Of a stretch of DNA of 64,000 nucleotides, positions 9,879 through 19,927 are shown in pieces (positions within the stretch are counted from its first letter, which is position 1; each line of letters begins with the position of its first letter). This DNA comes from Candidatus Amulumruptor caecigallinarius (lineage in GTDB: Bacteria > Bacteroidota > Bacteroidia > Bacteroidales > Muribaculaceae), in NCBI GenBank assembly GCA_023665575.1, contig JAMPDQ010000004.1, forward strand, positions 11,430 to 75,429, written 5' to 3'. The notes below the pieces were generated by a model. The model had not been told where the DNA came from and did not search any database. It saw nothing but the letters and a program-made list of their open reading frames with translations. The translations under genes and the position numbers were made by a program.

Positions 9879-11213
9879 ATGGAGGTTGGCATGAAAGATG
9901 ACAGATATGTTGCTGCGATTGAGATAAGCAGCTCCAAGATAGTGGCCGTGATAGGCAAAATGCACAGCGACGGGCGTCTAGACGTGATAGCGTCCGACCA
10001 GGAAAGGGGAGTGGAGAGTGTGCGCCACGGGATTATACAGAATCTTGACGAGACATCGCTGCGGATCACACGCGTTCTCGACAAGCTTCGGCACAAACCG
10101 GCTATAGCGCCGCGCAACATCAAGAGTCTTTATGTGGGGCTTTCGGGCCGGTCTTTGCGCAGCATCACCGTGGAGGTGGAGCTCAACCTGCCTGATGAAA
10201 CTGAAATCACCGAAACAATCCTCACACAGCTGCGCGACAAAGCATTGTCAACAGCCATCGACAACTCGCTCGAGGTGGTGGATGCAATTCCGAGAATATA
10301 CACTGTCGGCAAGCTTGAAACCACATCTCCCAAGGGAGTGTCGGGCAATTACATTCATGCAGTCTACGATTTGATTGTGTGCCGTCCGGAACTCCGCAGC
10401 AAACTGATGCGCACAATTCCCGACAAGCTTAAGATTCCCATCTGCGGTTTCGTTGTGACTGCACTCGCCACAGCACAGGTGATTCTGAGCACAGAAGAGA
10501 AGAGGCTCGGATGCATGCTTGTAGACATGGGGGCTGAAACCACAGCCGTGTCAATCTATAAAGACGGCTATCTGAGATATTTTGCCACACTTCCGCTTGG
10601 GGGACGCAACATCACACGCGACCTCACAAGTCTCAACATTCTGGAGGAGAAGGCGGAAGAGCTCAAGATACAGCTGGGTTACGCCATGCAGCGCGACACA
10701 AACACTTCAATCAACATGAACGGGATTCGCACATCGGATGTGTCCAGCATAGTTGTTGCGCGTTCGGAAGAGATTGTGGCGAACATTGTGGAGCAGATAA
10801 ATTATGCCGGGCTGAAAGACCGCGACCTTCCCGCCGGATTGATATGCATCGGCGGAGGCATGAAGCTCAACGGCATGACCGACCTTCTGGCCAAGCAGAC
10901 AGACCTGCCGGTGAAACGCGGGCAACTGCCGGCATATATCACACTTGAAGACTCAAAATCGCCCGTTTCAGAAATTCTGGAGGTGGTTAGCGTGCTATAT
11001 TGCGGGGCGTCGCAGTCGGACGACGAATGCCTCGAGATGCCGGGCAGCGAAGAGCTTCCCGCCACCGGAGTGGGAAACACACCCGAAGAAGAAGAAGCCG
11101 AAAAAAAAATCGGGGAGTCGCCATCCGGCAGATCAGGCTTACTGAAAGCTCTCGGCACACGAATAGCAGAGATGTTCAAAGGTGGGGATGTAGATGATTC
11201 CGACCTGATATAA
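9879..11213 (+). CDS. ftsA: Cell division protein FtsA (actin-like ATPase)
   Basis: VAAIEISSSKI N-terminal phosphate-1-like segment, VDMGAETT and ICIGGG motifs. Lies between ftsQ and ftsZ. The start could also be the ATG at 9891. Confidence 0.9.
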   Translation: MEVGMKDDRYVAAIEISSSKIVAVIGKMHSDGRLDVIASDQERGVESVRHGIIQNLDETSLRITRVLDKLRHKPAIAPRNIKSLYVGLSGRSLRSITVEVELNLPDETEITETILTQLRDKALSTAIDNSLEVVDAIPRIYTVGKLETTSPKGVSGNYIHAVYDLIVCRPELRSKLMRTIPDKLKIPICGFVVTALATAQVILSTEEKRLGCMLVDMGAETTAVSIYKDGYLRYFATLPLGGRNITRDLTSLNILEEKAEELKIQLGYAMQRDTNTSINMNGIRTSDVSSIVVARSEEIVANIVEQINYAGLKDRDLPAGLICIGGGMKLNGMTDLLAKQTDLPVKRGQLPAYITLEDSKSPVSEILEVVSVLYCGASQSDDECLEMPGSEELPATGVGNTPEEEEAEKKIGESPSGRSGLLKALGTRIAEMFKGGDVDDSDLI

Positions 11214-11277
11214 TGGATTGGCACATTTATATGAGACAGACTCTAAAATGACAGTTACTTAATGAAAAACTGAAACC

Positions 11278-12657
11278 ATGGCTGATTACAACAACCACGA
11301 CATAACAGATTCTTCGAGCTTTGTCAACGAAGACAGCAACAATTCAATTATCAAGGTGATTGGAGTTGGGGGAGGCGGTTGCAACGCAGTTAACTACATG
11401 TATAAGCAGAACATACCGCTTATAAAATTTGTGATTTGCAACACCGACCGCCAGGCACTCGAAATGTCGACCGTGCCCAACCAGCTTCTTCTCGGCACGG
11501 AAATAACAAAAGGGGGAGGAGCGGGCAATAATCCTGAAGTGGGGCGTCAGTGCGCCGAGGCGAGTGTAGAAGACATTCGCGCCCTTTTCACAGATGAAAC
11601 GGAGATGGTGTTTATAACCGCCGGAATGGGAGGGGGCACCGGCACCGGGGCCGCGCCGGTAGTGGCCCGCGAGGCCAAGGCTGCCGGCATGCTTACCATC
11701 GGGATTGTCACGGTGCCCTTCATATTTGAAGGTAAGAAAAAGATTCTCAAGGCACTTGCCGGAGCCGAGGAGATGAAAAAATATGTAGACGCGCTCTTGA
11801 TAATCAACAACGAGAATATAATAGAACTCTATAAAGACTTCAATTTCTTCAATGCTTTCAGCAAAGCCGATGATACATTGGCCAATGCTGCGCGAAGCAT
11901 ATCGGAAATCATTTCGGAGCCCTGCTATGTGAATGTCGACTTTCAGGATGTGAAAACCACGCTTAAAGACAGCGGCTCGGCAATCATAGCCACAGCCGTA
12001 GGGGAGGGGGAGCATAGAATCACCGATGCTATTCAGAATGCCCTGCATTCGCCCCTGCTGAAGCTTCACGACATAAACACATCCAAGCGGCTGCTTTTCA
12101 AATTCATCTGCTCGAAAGATTCAGAGAATCCCATTAGGGCGGAAGAGATTGCCGAAATCACCAATTTCACCAGCAAGCTGCCCGCCAGCATTGATGTGAA
12201 ATGGGGAATCGGAGACGATCCGACGATGGGCGACAAAGTGAAAATCACAGTGCTTGCATCAGGATTTGATGTGACAATCACAGAAGATGAAGATGTGATA
12301 GTTATGTCGAATGGTGGAGATGACAAGCCGGCAAAGCCTGAAAAATCGCGTGAGGAGCAAAAGGCTGCAGAACAGATGGCACAGGTGTATGGCCATGACA
12401 AGCTGAAGGCCCAGGAGCGCGATGTGGCCCGCATGAAATATGTTGTGTTGAAGCCCGGCCAATTCGACGACCATGAAGTGATTGCACTTTTGGAACGCAC
12501 ACCGCCCAGAAACCGTCCCCCGAGATTCAACGAGCAGCTGCGCCACCTTTCCGAATCGCAGGCATCCGGCATGACCACACACACATCGGGTGCTGATTCC
12601 GGATATGAGCAGATCACTTTCGTGATGAACAACCATCAGAAAGACAACGAAATATAA
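11278..12657 (+). CDS. ftsZ: Cell division GTPase FtsZ
   Basis: Tubulin/FtsZ signatures GVGGGGCNAV and GMGGGTGTGAAP. Long, low-complexity C-terminal linker. Confidence 0.97.
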   Translation: MADYNNHDITDSSSFVNEDSNNSIIKVIGVGGGGCNAVNYMYKQNIPLIKFVICNTDRQALEMSTVPNQLLLGTEITKGGGAGNNPEVGRQCAEASVEDIRALFTDETEMVFITAGMGGGTGTGAAPVVAREAKAAGMLTIGIVTVPFIFEGKKKILKALAGAEEMKKYVDALLIINNENIIELYKDFNFFNAFSKADDTLANAARSISEIISEPCYVNVDFQDVKTTLKDSGSAIIATAVGEGEHRITDAIQNALHSPLLKLHDINTSKRLLFKFICSKDSENPIRAEEIAEITNFTSKLPASIDVKWGIGDDPTMGDKVKITVLASGFDVTITEDEDVIVMSNGGDDKPAKPEKSREEQKAAEQMAQVYGHDKLKAQERDVARMKYVVLKPGQFDDHEVIALLERTPPRNRPPRFNEQLRHLSESQASGMTTHTSGADSGYEQITFVMNNHQKDNEI

Positions 12658-12665
12658 GATAATTA

Positions 12666-14246
12666 ATGGGAACAAGCTTTTCAATGGTTGCGAAAACATT
12701 CCAGGGATTGGAAGATGTGCTTCGCGATGAATTGATATCATTAGGTGCTGAAAATGTAGAGATGGGCAGAAGAATGGTGAGCTTTGAGGGCGACCTGGAG
12801 CTCATGTACAAGGCCAATCTTTCACTTCGCACGGCACTGCGCGTGTTAAAACCCATAGAGAAATTCACAGCTGCCAACGCAGATGAGCTCTATGACATTG
12901 TGAGAGAGATTGAATGGGAGAAATATCTCACTGTTAAAAACACTTTTATGGTTGACACGACCGTGAATAGTGGAGAATTCAATCACTCAAAATTTGTGGC
13001 ATATCGCGTAAAAGACGGGATTGCCGACCATTTTCGCGACATCTCCGGCGAACGCCCCTCAATAAGTGTGAGCAATCCCGACATCATGCTTAATGTGCAT
13101 ATCGACGATGACCGGGTGACAATCTCACTTGACTCCAGTGGCAAGCCGCTGTCTATGCGCGGCTATCGCAGCGAGCAGACCGAGGCTCCCATCAATGAGG
13201 TGCTGGCCGCCGGAATTATAATGAAAACCGGCTGGCGCGGCGACTGCGATTTTGCCGACCCGATGTGCGGTTCCGGCACATTTTTGGTGGAGGCCGCGCT
13301 AATTGCCGCCAATATCAATCCGGGAATTTATCGCGACAGCTTTGCCTTTGAAAAATGGCCGGATTTCAACAAAGACCTTTTTGAAGAATTATATAACGAT
13401 GACAGTGCCGAGCGCGAGTTTGCCTTCAAGATATATGGCGGCGACATCGATGCAGAGGCAGTGAGGATAGCCCGCAAAAATATCAAATCCGCCCAGGTGG
13501 AAGATATGATAGAATTGAATTGCCGCCCCATGTCCGACTGGATTGACAATCCTGAATCGGGCGTGATGGTGATGAATCCTCCCTACGGATACAGACTGAA
13601 ACCGGAAGATATAACAGAACTCTACCGCGGCATAGGCACATGCCTCAAACGCAATTTCCCGGGTTGGCATGCATGGATAATCGGCCTCAATGATGAGGAT
13701 TTCGATAATATCGGACTGAAGCCCTCAATGAAACTTCCTCTTCTTAACGGAAACCTGGAATGCTCACTGAGGGAATATATTCTGTTTGACGGAAAATATG
13801 ACAAATTCCGGGCAGAAGGTGGCCGCGTGAGCTATCACGACATGGATGATGAGCAGGCCAAGGCGCCACGCAAGATGCGCAGGCTCACTGATGACGAATG
13901 GAAAAAGGAAACGCGCCAGTATGGCTCACACGACAAAAAGTCAGGCTTTAAATCCGACCGGAAACAGGACCGCAAGTTCGAAAACAGAGGCGACCGCAAA
14001 TTCGAGAACAAGGGCAATCGCAAATTCGAGAACAAGGGTGACCGCAAATTCGAGAACAAGGGTAACCGCAAATTCGAGAACAAGGGTGACCGCAAATTCG
14101 AAAACAGAAGTGACCGCAAGCCCTTCAAGAGAGGTGCCGTCACAGTGAAGCCATCCGGGCCAAAGATTTCAGCAGACAAAGCCCATATAATAAATCCGGT
14201 GCATTTCAGAAGCAGAAAACAGAAAGAAGAGAAAGAGAGTGAATGA
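12666..14246 (+). CDS. THUMP-domain class I SAM-dependent RNA methyltransferase (RlmL/UPF0020-like) with a repetitive basic C-terminal tail
   Basis: N-terminal THUMP-like region. GSGTF SAM-binding motif and MNPPYG catalytic motif. C-terminal 8-aa repeats (DRKFENKG) x7. Confidence 0.85.
   Translation: MGTSFSMVAKTFQGLEDVLRDELISLGAENVEMGRRMVSFEGDLELMYKANLSLRTALRVLKPIEKFTAANADELYDIVREIEWEKYLTVKNTFMVDTTVNSGEFNHSKFVAYRVKDGIADHFRDISGERPSISVSNPDIMLNVHIDDDRVTISLDSSGKPLSMRGYRSEQTEAPINEVLAAGIIMKTGWRGDCDFADPMCGSGTFLVEAALIAANINPGIYRDSFAFEKWPDFNKDLFEELYNDDSAEREFAFKIYGGDIDAEAVRIARKNIKSAQVEDMIELNCRPMSDWIDNPESGVMVMNPPYGYRLKPEDITELYRGIGTCLKRNFPGWHAWIIGLNDEDFDNIGLKPSMKLPLLNGNLECSLREYILFDGKYDKFRAEGGRVSYHDMDDEQAKAPRKMRRLTDDEWKKETRQYGSHDKKSGFKSDRKQDRKFENRGDRKFENKGNRKFENKGDRKFENKGNRKFENKGDRKFENRSDRKPFKRGAVTVKPSGPKISADKAHIINPVHFRSRKQKEEKESE
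13968..14135 (+). repeat. Seven tandem 24-bp in-frame repeats (GACCGCAAATTCGAGAACAAGGGT consensus) encoding (D/N)RKFEN(K/R)G
   Basis: Read directly from the sequence. Units 2-5 differ at only 1-3 positions. The repeats also generate spurious ORFs in the other frames. Confidence 0.95.
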
Positions 14247-15214
14247 CACATAGCCACACCATGGGAAAAGAGGGGATGGTGCCGGCCATTCTCGCATCAA
14301 CGGCAATGTTTGTCGTCGCATACTTTGTGTATACCCCGCCGCCGGCCGGGGACATGGGAATATGCTTTCCGTCGCCCAATCGATGGGAGTTAAATTCATT
14401 AGCGGGATGGCTTATAAATTTGTTGCTGGCTGCGGCAACAACAATTGTGCTCTATTTCACAAACAAGGAATTCACTCTGGTTCGTGGCTCTGACACAGTG
14501 CTCCAGGGAATGTTTCTTATCAGCGCCGCCTCATGTCCGTGGCTGTCGGGGATGCTCACATCAAGCTGGATTATAGCACTTGCCAACCTTATATGCTTCA
14601 CCGTGCTGTTTGGCTGCTACCGCAAGCGCAATGCAACCCAGGAACTCTTTCTAATAGCCACGATACTTTCGCTCGGCTCCATGATTCAATATGCCTTCAT
14701 ATTCTTCATGCCCGTATATATCATTGGAGCCGGATTCATGAAATGTCTGAATATAAAGGTTGTGCTTGCTTTTGTGCTGGGAGTGTGTTCGCCATATTGG
14801 GTGGGAGTAGGGCTTGGAATCATTCCGATAAGCAGCTTCAGCATGCCGGCACTTTCCAATCTGTTTGATAATTTCACACCCGACGACAATCTGTTTTTCT
14901 GCCTGCTGAATATTTCCATCACTGTGACAATCGGGCTGCTACTCGCGCTCAACAACATGGTCAAGCTATATGCCGGCAACACTCAGCGGCGGCTTAACAA
15001 CAGTTTTGTGAATCTAATAGGACTCTGCTGTGTGGCCTGCATTATTCTTGATTCCGGCAATATGCCGGCATATTTTGCCTCCACATATATGATTTGCGCC
15101 GTTCAGCTTGCCAATCTGTTCGCGCTAAGAAATATAAAATATGGCTGGATATGGCTTCTTGCCCTCAGCATCATGTATATCACCATGTTCAGCCTACAAG
15201 TGCTGAATCTTTGA
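14243..15214 (+). CDS. Polytopic inner-membrane protein of unknown function
   Basis: Roughly 9 hydrophobic segments. ATGA overlap with the stop of the upstream methyltransferase. No motif I recognise. The start could be an internal Met. Confidence 0.7.
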   Translation: MTHSHTMGKEGMVPAILASTAMFVVAYFVYTPPPAGDMGICFPSPNRWELNSLAGWLINLLLAAATTIVLYFTNKEFTLVRGSDTVLQGMFLISAASCPWLSGMLTSSWIIALANLICFTVLFGCYRKRNATQELFLIATILSLGSMIQYAFIFFMPVYIIGAGFMKCLNIKVVLAFVLGVCSPYWVGVGLGIIPISSFSMPALSNLFDNFTPDDNLFFCLLNISITVTIGLLLALNNMVKLYAGNTQRRLNNSFVNLIGLCCVACIILDSGNMPAYFASTYMICAVQLANLFALRNIKYGWIWLLALSIMYITMFSLQVLNL

Positions 15215-15238
15215 CAAATCATATCAAAATATCACGTC

Positions 15239-16249
15239 ATGATCAAGATTATTGCCGATGACAATATTCCATACCTGCGCGGACGCCTCGAAGATGTGGC
15301 GGAAGTGGTATATGTGGATCAGTTTGGCTTTACGCCGGAAATTGTGAAGGATGCCGATGCCCTTCTGATTCGCACACGCACACGTTGCAACGAGAAGCTG
15401 CTTGCGGGGTCGGCTGTAAAACTTGTGGCCACGGCAACAATAGGCACAGACCAGATTGACACTGAATGGTGTGAAAGCAACGGCATCATGGTTAGGAATT
15501 CACCCGGATGCAACGCGCCCGGTGTGGCACAATATGTATGGTCGGCTCTTTTAAGAAGCGGATTTGATAAAAATCGGCACAAGCTCGGCATTGTGGGATG
15601 CGGCAATGTGGGTGGAATTGTGTATGACTGGGGGCGCAAGCTTGGAGTGGAAATCATGGTTAGCGACCCGCCGAAAGAGAGACTTGGCTGCACCGGCATT
15701 CCCTATACACCGCTTCACAGGCTGCTCCGGGAATGCGATGCAGTGACATTGCACACACCACTCACAAAAAGTGGAGATGATGCCACATTTCATCTGATAG
15801 GAGAGAGAGAGCTGGCAATCATGAAGCCGGGAGCCATACTCGTGAATTCGGCCCGCGGCCCGGTGGTGGATTTTCATGCCCTCAAAGAGGCGCTTCGGCG
15901 TGACAGCATACGCGCAATTATCGACACCTGGGAGGGAGAGCCGGAGACAGACTCTGAAATACTTGATAAAGTCATATACGGCACATTTCATATTGCCGGC
16001 TACACACGACAAGGGAAACAGAGAGCCACCAGGATGATTATAGAGGCCGTAGAGGAGCGTTTTGGCATCAAGGGTGACACATCACACCTTGAGGGAGTTT
16101 ATAAGGCGCCTGAGTGCATTTCCGCGGAAGAAATAATGAATTCATACGACCCTGCGGAAGATTTCGAGGCATTGCGAAAAAATCCCGCAGCATTCGACAC
16201 ATTGCGCAAAAATTATAATTATCGCGAAGAGGTGACACATGGCAATTAA
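15239..16249 (+). CDS. pdxB: 4-phosphoerythronate dehydrogenase (D-2-hydroxyacid dehydrogenase family)
   Basis: N-terminus MIKIIADDNIPYL and NAD-binding motif LGIVGCGNVGG. Length and architecture fit PdxB. Confidence 0.8.
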   Translation: MIKIIADDNIPYLRGRLEDVAEVVYVDQFGFTPEIVKDADALLIRTRTRCNEKLLAGSAVKLVATATIGTDQIDTEWCESNGIMVRNSPGCNAPGVAQYVWSALLRSGFDKNRHKLGIVGCGNVGGIVYDWGRKLGVEIMVSDPPKERLGCTGIPYTPLHRLLRECDAVTLHTPLTKSGDDATFHLIGERELAIMKPGAILVNSARGPVVDFHALKEALRRDSIRAIIDTWEGEPETDSEILDKVIYGTFHIAGYTRQGKQRATRMIIEAVEERFGIKGDTSHLEGVYKAPECISAEEIMNSYDPAEDFEALRKNPAAFDTLRKNYNYREEVTHGN

Positions 16250-16901
16250 AAAATTTTATGTGGTATGGGTGGGGCGCAATCCGGGCGTATATGACGACCT
16301 TGGCGACGCCATGGAGCAGGTTGATGACTATCCGGGTGCGAGATTCAAGGGATTTGACAGTGCGGCAGAAGCGGCAGAAGCTTTCCGCAAGGGCACGGCA
16401 CAGTCGGATAAGGAGGATATCAAATCCCTCCTTTTCGATGCACAACGCATGAATATCCCCACCTCCGGACAGCCGGATTACATGAGCATACCCGAAATAG
16501 ATCTCGATGGGTGGGCAGTGGATGCCGCATGCGCCGGAAATCCCGGAAAAATGGAATATCGCGGAGTAGAGCTGATGAGCGGACGCGAAATATTCCGTGT
16601 GGGGCCGTTCCCGAAGTCAACCAACAATATCGGTGAATTTCTCGCCATAGTGCACGCCCTTTCGCTAATGCACCGCAATGGAGAGCGGCACACCATCTAC
16701 AGCGATTCGAAAACGGGCATGGCATGGGTGCGCAACCGCAAAGTGAAGACACAACTGCTACGCACCCCTGAAACAGAGCAAAGTTTCCGGTTAATGGAAC
16801 GTGCCCTTTCCTGGCTCAACACACATTCGGTTGATGTGAACATCCGCAAGTGGGAAACCGAACGTTGGGGAGAGATACCGGCCGATTTCGGCAGGAAATA
16901 G
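16239..16901 (+). CDS. rnhA: Ribonuclease HI with N-terminal hybrid-binding (viroplasmin-like) domain
   Basis: KKFYVVWVGRNPGVYD...AEAF hybrid-binding domain. RNase H core with NIGEFLAIVHAL and IYSDSK. 11-nt overlap with pdxB. Confidence 0.85.
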   Translation: MAIKKFYVVWVGRNPGVYDDLGDAMEQVDDYPGARFKGFDSAAEAAEAFRKGTAQSDKEDIKSLLFDAQRMNIPTSGQPDYMSIPEIDLDGWAVDAACAGNPGKMEYRGVELMSGREIFRVGPFPKSTNNIGEFLAIVHALSLMHRNGERHTIYSDSKTGMAWVRNRKVKTQLLRTPETEQSFRLMERALSWLNTHSVDVNIRKWETERWGEIPADFGRK

Positions 16902-16904
16902 GAG

Positions 16905-17951
16905 ATGAAGGCAGACATCGGGGCTAAAGAGCGTCTTGCAGACTTGCTCGGAAATTGCGGTGCGGTGGCAATGGGGGTGTCGCAATGTTGCGACACAGCC
17001 CCGGAAATGATGAAAGCATATGAGAGCTGGCTCGCTTTGGGCAGGCAGGCCGGAATGGAATATCTGTCAAACCACATGCGGATACGCAGCAATCCGGGGC
17101 TTTTGCTTGATGGTTGTAAAAGCATTGTCAGCATTGCATTCAGCTATAATGCTCCCACACGGCGTTGCCGGAATCTGCCCGTGATTGCCGATTACGCCCA
17201 ATTTCCCGACTATCATGACCGAATAAGGGAATTGACGGGAGATGCAATCAAAACCATGAAAGAGGAATATGGTGGAGATTACCGCACATGTGTGGATTCA
17301 GCACCGATTTTCGAGCGCTACAGAGCGGCAATGAGCGGAATAGGAATAATTGGCGACAACGGGGCGCTGATAGTGCCGGGAGTGGGAAGCAAAGTGTTTC
17401 TCGCAGAGATTTTGACCACATTGGAGATGGAGAGCGACACACCGCTCGCAGGCGATTGCGGACGATGCGGGGCATGTCGGAACGCGTGTCCGACCGGCGC
17501 GTTAATGCCCGACGGCACCATAGACAGCAATCTGTGTCTGAGCTATCTCACAATAGAGCATCGCGGAGAATGGACAGATGAAGCGCACATGAAAGCCATG
17601 CACACAGCGGCAGGGCGCAACACGCTCTTCGGATGTGATATCTGCATAAACGTTTGTCCGCACAACAAGCTGTGCCACATCACGGCAGAAAGTCAGGAGT
17701 CGCGGAAAATCCCTCAAATCTTCAGGCATATCGACATGGCAGACACTCTCGGTGCTGATGAAATAATGCAGATGGGCAAGGATGATTTTTCAAAAATATT
17801 CAAAGGGAGCTGCATGAAACGCGCCAAACTCGCCGGGCTACGGCGCAACGCGGAGAATATTCTTGCGCGACACGCTGAAAATAGAGGCCGCAGCAGCAAA
17901 AACGGCAGCGAAGATGATGACACACCTCACTCCCCATATTCCGGAGGCTGA
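16905..17951 (+). CDS. queG: tRNA epoxyqueuosine(34) reductase
   Basis: Two ferredoxin-type clusters, CGRCGACRNACP and CDICINVCP. C-terminal KRAKLAGLRRNA HEAT-like end. The last 114 nt overlap the convergent MFS gene. Confidence 0.85.
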   Translation: MKADIGAKERLADLLGNCGAVAMGVSQCCDTAPEMMKAYESWLALGRQAGMEYLSNHMRIRSNPGLLLDGCKSIVSIAFSYNAPTRRCRNLPVIADYAQFPDYHDRIRELTGDAIKTMKEEYGGDYRTCVDSAPIFERYRAAMSGIGIIGDNGALIVPGVGSKVFLAEILTTLEMESDTPLAGDCGRCGACRNACPTGALMPDGTIDSNLCLSYLTIEHRGEWTDEAHMKAMHTAAGRNTLFGCDICINVCPHNKLCHITAESQESRKIPQIFRHIDMADTLGADEIMQMGKDDFSKIFKGSCMKRAKLAGLRRNAENILARHAENRGRSSKNGSEDDDTPHSPYSGG

Positions 17952-19199
17952 GAGCGAAAATATGAACGTCACCACAGTGGCGCCGAAAGTCTGTCCCGTG
18001 AGTCGCGCCGTGCTCTGCATCCCTCCGGCAGCGCCGGTGCGCTCCACAGGGGTTGCCGACACCATCACCACATTGTTGGGTGTCTGATACATGCCGAATC
18101 CAATACCGCATAAAAGCATCCTCCAGGCAATATCCGCCGGTGTTGTATGAAAAAATGTGACACAAAGCAAAGACAGCAAACCGGTGCAGAACACACCCAT
18201 GCCGAAAGCTGCGATTTTTCCAGGATTGAATCTGCCGACATATCTTGCCGCCACCGGAGCCATCACAGCTGTGGCAAGCGGCCATGGTGTCATCAGCAAA
18301 CCGGCTGTAAGCTCCGAGTAGCCGAGGTTTTTCAGGAACATGAAAGGGAGAACAATTGAGGCGGCATTCTGTGCGATAAATGCAGATGTGTTGGTCAGAA
18401 TGCAGAGAGAATAAAGTTTGCTGCGAAAGAGATCCACAGGAAAGAGCGGATAGGAATGGTGCAGTTGTCGGCGAATATATAAAAATGCCGCTGCCACAGC
18501 CACAACAAACAGACAGGCCATCAGAAGCTCATTCCCGCCATCGGCCGCATTCCCGAGCACTATAAAAATCAAGCCGAACACCAGCATGTTCTGCAACGCA
18601 CCGACCGGATCGAATTTCATCCCCTCAGGGCGGGTATTGCCGGGAAGAAGCCTCACCGCCAGGATAAAAGCAACAATCCCGAATGGCACATTTATGAGAA
18701 AAAGCCAGCGCCAGGTAGAGATGGATAGAATAATTCCGGCCAGCGAAGGGCCGGCAGCTGTGGCAACGGCAATCACCATTGCATTAAGTGCCAGCCCTTT
18801 AGGCAGGTCGGAGGGAGAATATATGCAACGTGTTAATGCAATATTCACCCCCATAATGCAAGCCCCTCCCAGCCCCTGAGCCACACGCATTGCCAGCAGC
18901 ATCGGAAAAGAGTCAGCCAACGCACATCCCAAGGATGAGGTTGTAAAAGCAGCAATGCCCGTAATCAGCACCTTGCGGTAACTGTAGATATCGCCAAGCG
19001 ATGCCAACGGCAGGAGGGTCATTGTGATAATAAGCTGATAAGCCGACACAACCCACACAGACGCAGCATCAGAGACATTGAATTCAGCGGCAAAGCCGGG
19101 TAATGCCACGTTAACAATCGTGACATCAAGCACAGTCATCAGCAACACAATCAGCAATGCCGACACTGCCGAATATTTGCGTATAAAACTCTCCTTCAT
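17838..19199 (-). CDS. MFS transporter (drug:H+ antiporter-like)
   Basis: 453 aa with 12-14 hydrophobic segments. Typical MFS N-terminus LLIVLLMTVLDVTIVNVALP. Confidence 0.8.
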   Translation of the reverse strand: MKESFIRKYSAVSALLIVLLMTVLDVTIVNVALPGFAAEFNVSDAASVWVVSAYQLIITMTLLPLASLGDIYSYRKVLITGIAAFTTSSLGCALADSFPMLLAMRVAQGLGGACIMGVNIALTRCIYSPSDLPKGLALNAMVIAVATAAGPSLAGIILSISTWRWLFLINVPFGIVAFILAVRLLPGNTRPEGMKFDPVGALQNMLVFGLIFIVLGNAADGGNELLMACLFVVAVAAAFLYIRRQLHHSYPLFPVDLFRSKLYSLCILTNTSAFIAQNAASIVLPFMFLKNLGYSELTAGLLMTPWPLATAVMAPVAARYVGRFNPGKIAAFGMGVFCTGLLSLLCVTFFHTTPADIAWRMLLCGIGFGMYQTPNNVVMVSATPVERTGAAGGMQSTARLTGQTFGATVVTFIFSLSASGIWGVRCVIIFAAVFAAAASIFSVSRKNILRVAP

Positions 19200-19276
19200 T
19201 ACAGTCTTCCCTTGAATATTATGAGACAGACCAATGATAAATCCGGTGAAAACTCCGGAAGAAGAGCAAGACCCCG

Positions 19277-19828
19277 TCAGGCGAATTCAACCGGTTTTCT
19301 CGGGCGAAGCGACATATATGTGACGGCAGTTCCAATCATAAAAACGCCGATGCCGATGCCGATCATGAAGCTAACCGACACGCACAATCCCACAATGGCT
19401 GCCACTGCACCCAGAGCAATTAGCACATATCCCAGGATCTGCGATGCAGGCATGCCCCGGCGCTTGTAAGGCTCATGAGCAGCTTCTATTGTGCGTGCCA
19501 ACTGTTCGGTATATTCATAACGCTCCGCATCCGGTCTCATTGTAATATCTTCAGATATTTCCGCGATCAGGCTCAATTTATCGCGTGAAAAATTGTCTTT
19601 GAGATCTTCACGGATTTTTTCTGTTAAAGTTTCGGTCCAATATCTTTTGTTTGCGGGATACAGCACACCATCATCCTCATCGAAAATTTCGGGCATTGAC
19701 GAAAGTGTCAGGGAAATCATCTCAAGAGTCTCCTTCTTTAGCGGAATTCCGGCTGTGGAATCAATCAGAATTTCCTTCACAAGCAGTCTGTCGCCTGCCT
19801 CGATTGCCTTTATCAATTTGTTTTTCAT
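19277..19828 (-). CDS. Hypothetical protein with a soluble N-terminal domain and a C-terminal double transmembrane anchor
   Basis: ORF 19277..19909. Start chosen at the MKNKLIKAIE Met. The C-terminal 50 aa are hydrophobic. No motif I recognise. Confidence 0.55.
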   Translation of the reverse strand: MKNKLIKAIEAGDRLLVKEILIDSTAGIPLKKETLEMISLTLSSMPEIFDEDDGVLYPANKRYWTETLTEKIREDLKDNFSRDKLSLIAEISEDITMRPDAERYEYTEQLARTIEAAHEPYKRRGMPASQILGYVLIALGAVAAIVGLCVSVSFMIGIGIGVFMIGTAVTYMSLRPRKPVEFA

Positions 19829-19927
19829 AGCAATGTGATTTAGAGTCCGGTTCATAAACAACGCACTGCTGTTCAGAAAAGTTCGGGAGGCGCAACTCTC
19901 AGGCCACAATTTTTTATGAATCGGAGC

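Noticed and set aside
2-12657. The absence of murF, ddl, mraZ, rsmH and ftsL from the visible dcw cluster, considered as an anomaly.
   Set aside because: The upstream genes may lie outside the window. In my recollection murF and ddl are usually encoded away from the dcw cluster in Bacteroidetes, so the visible order is ordinary for this phylum.
13835-14257. Alternative-frame ORFs over the 24-bp repeats (13835..14257 on the minus strand and 13846..14148 on the plus strand).
   Set aside because: These are artefacts of the tandem repeat being open in several frames. The methyltransferase frame is continuous with a recognisable catalytic domain.
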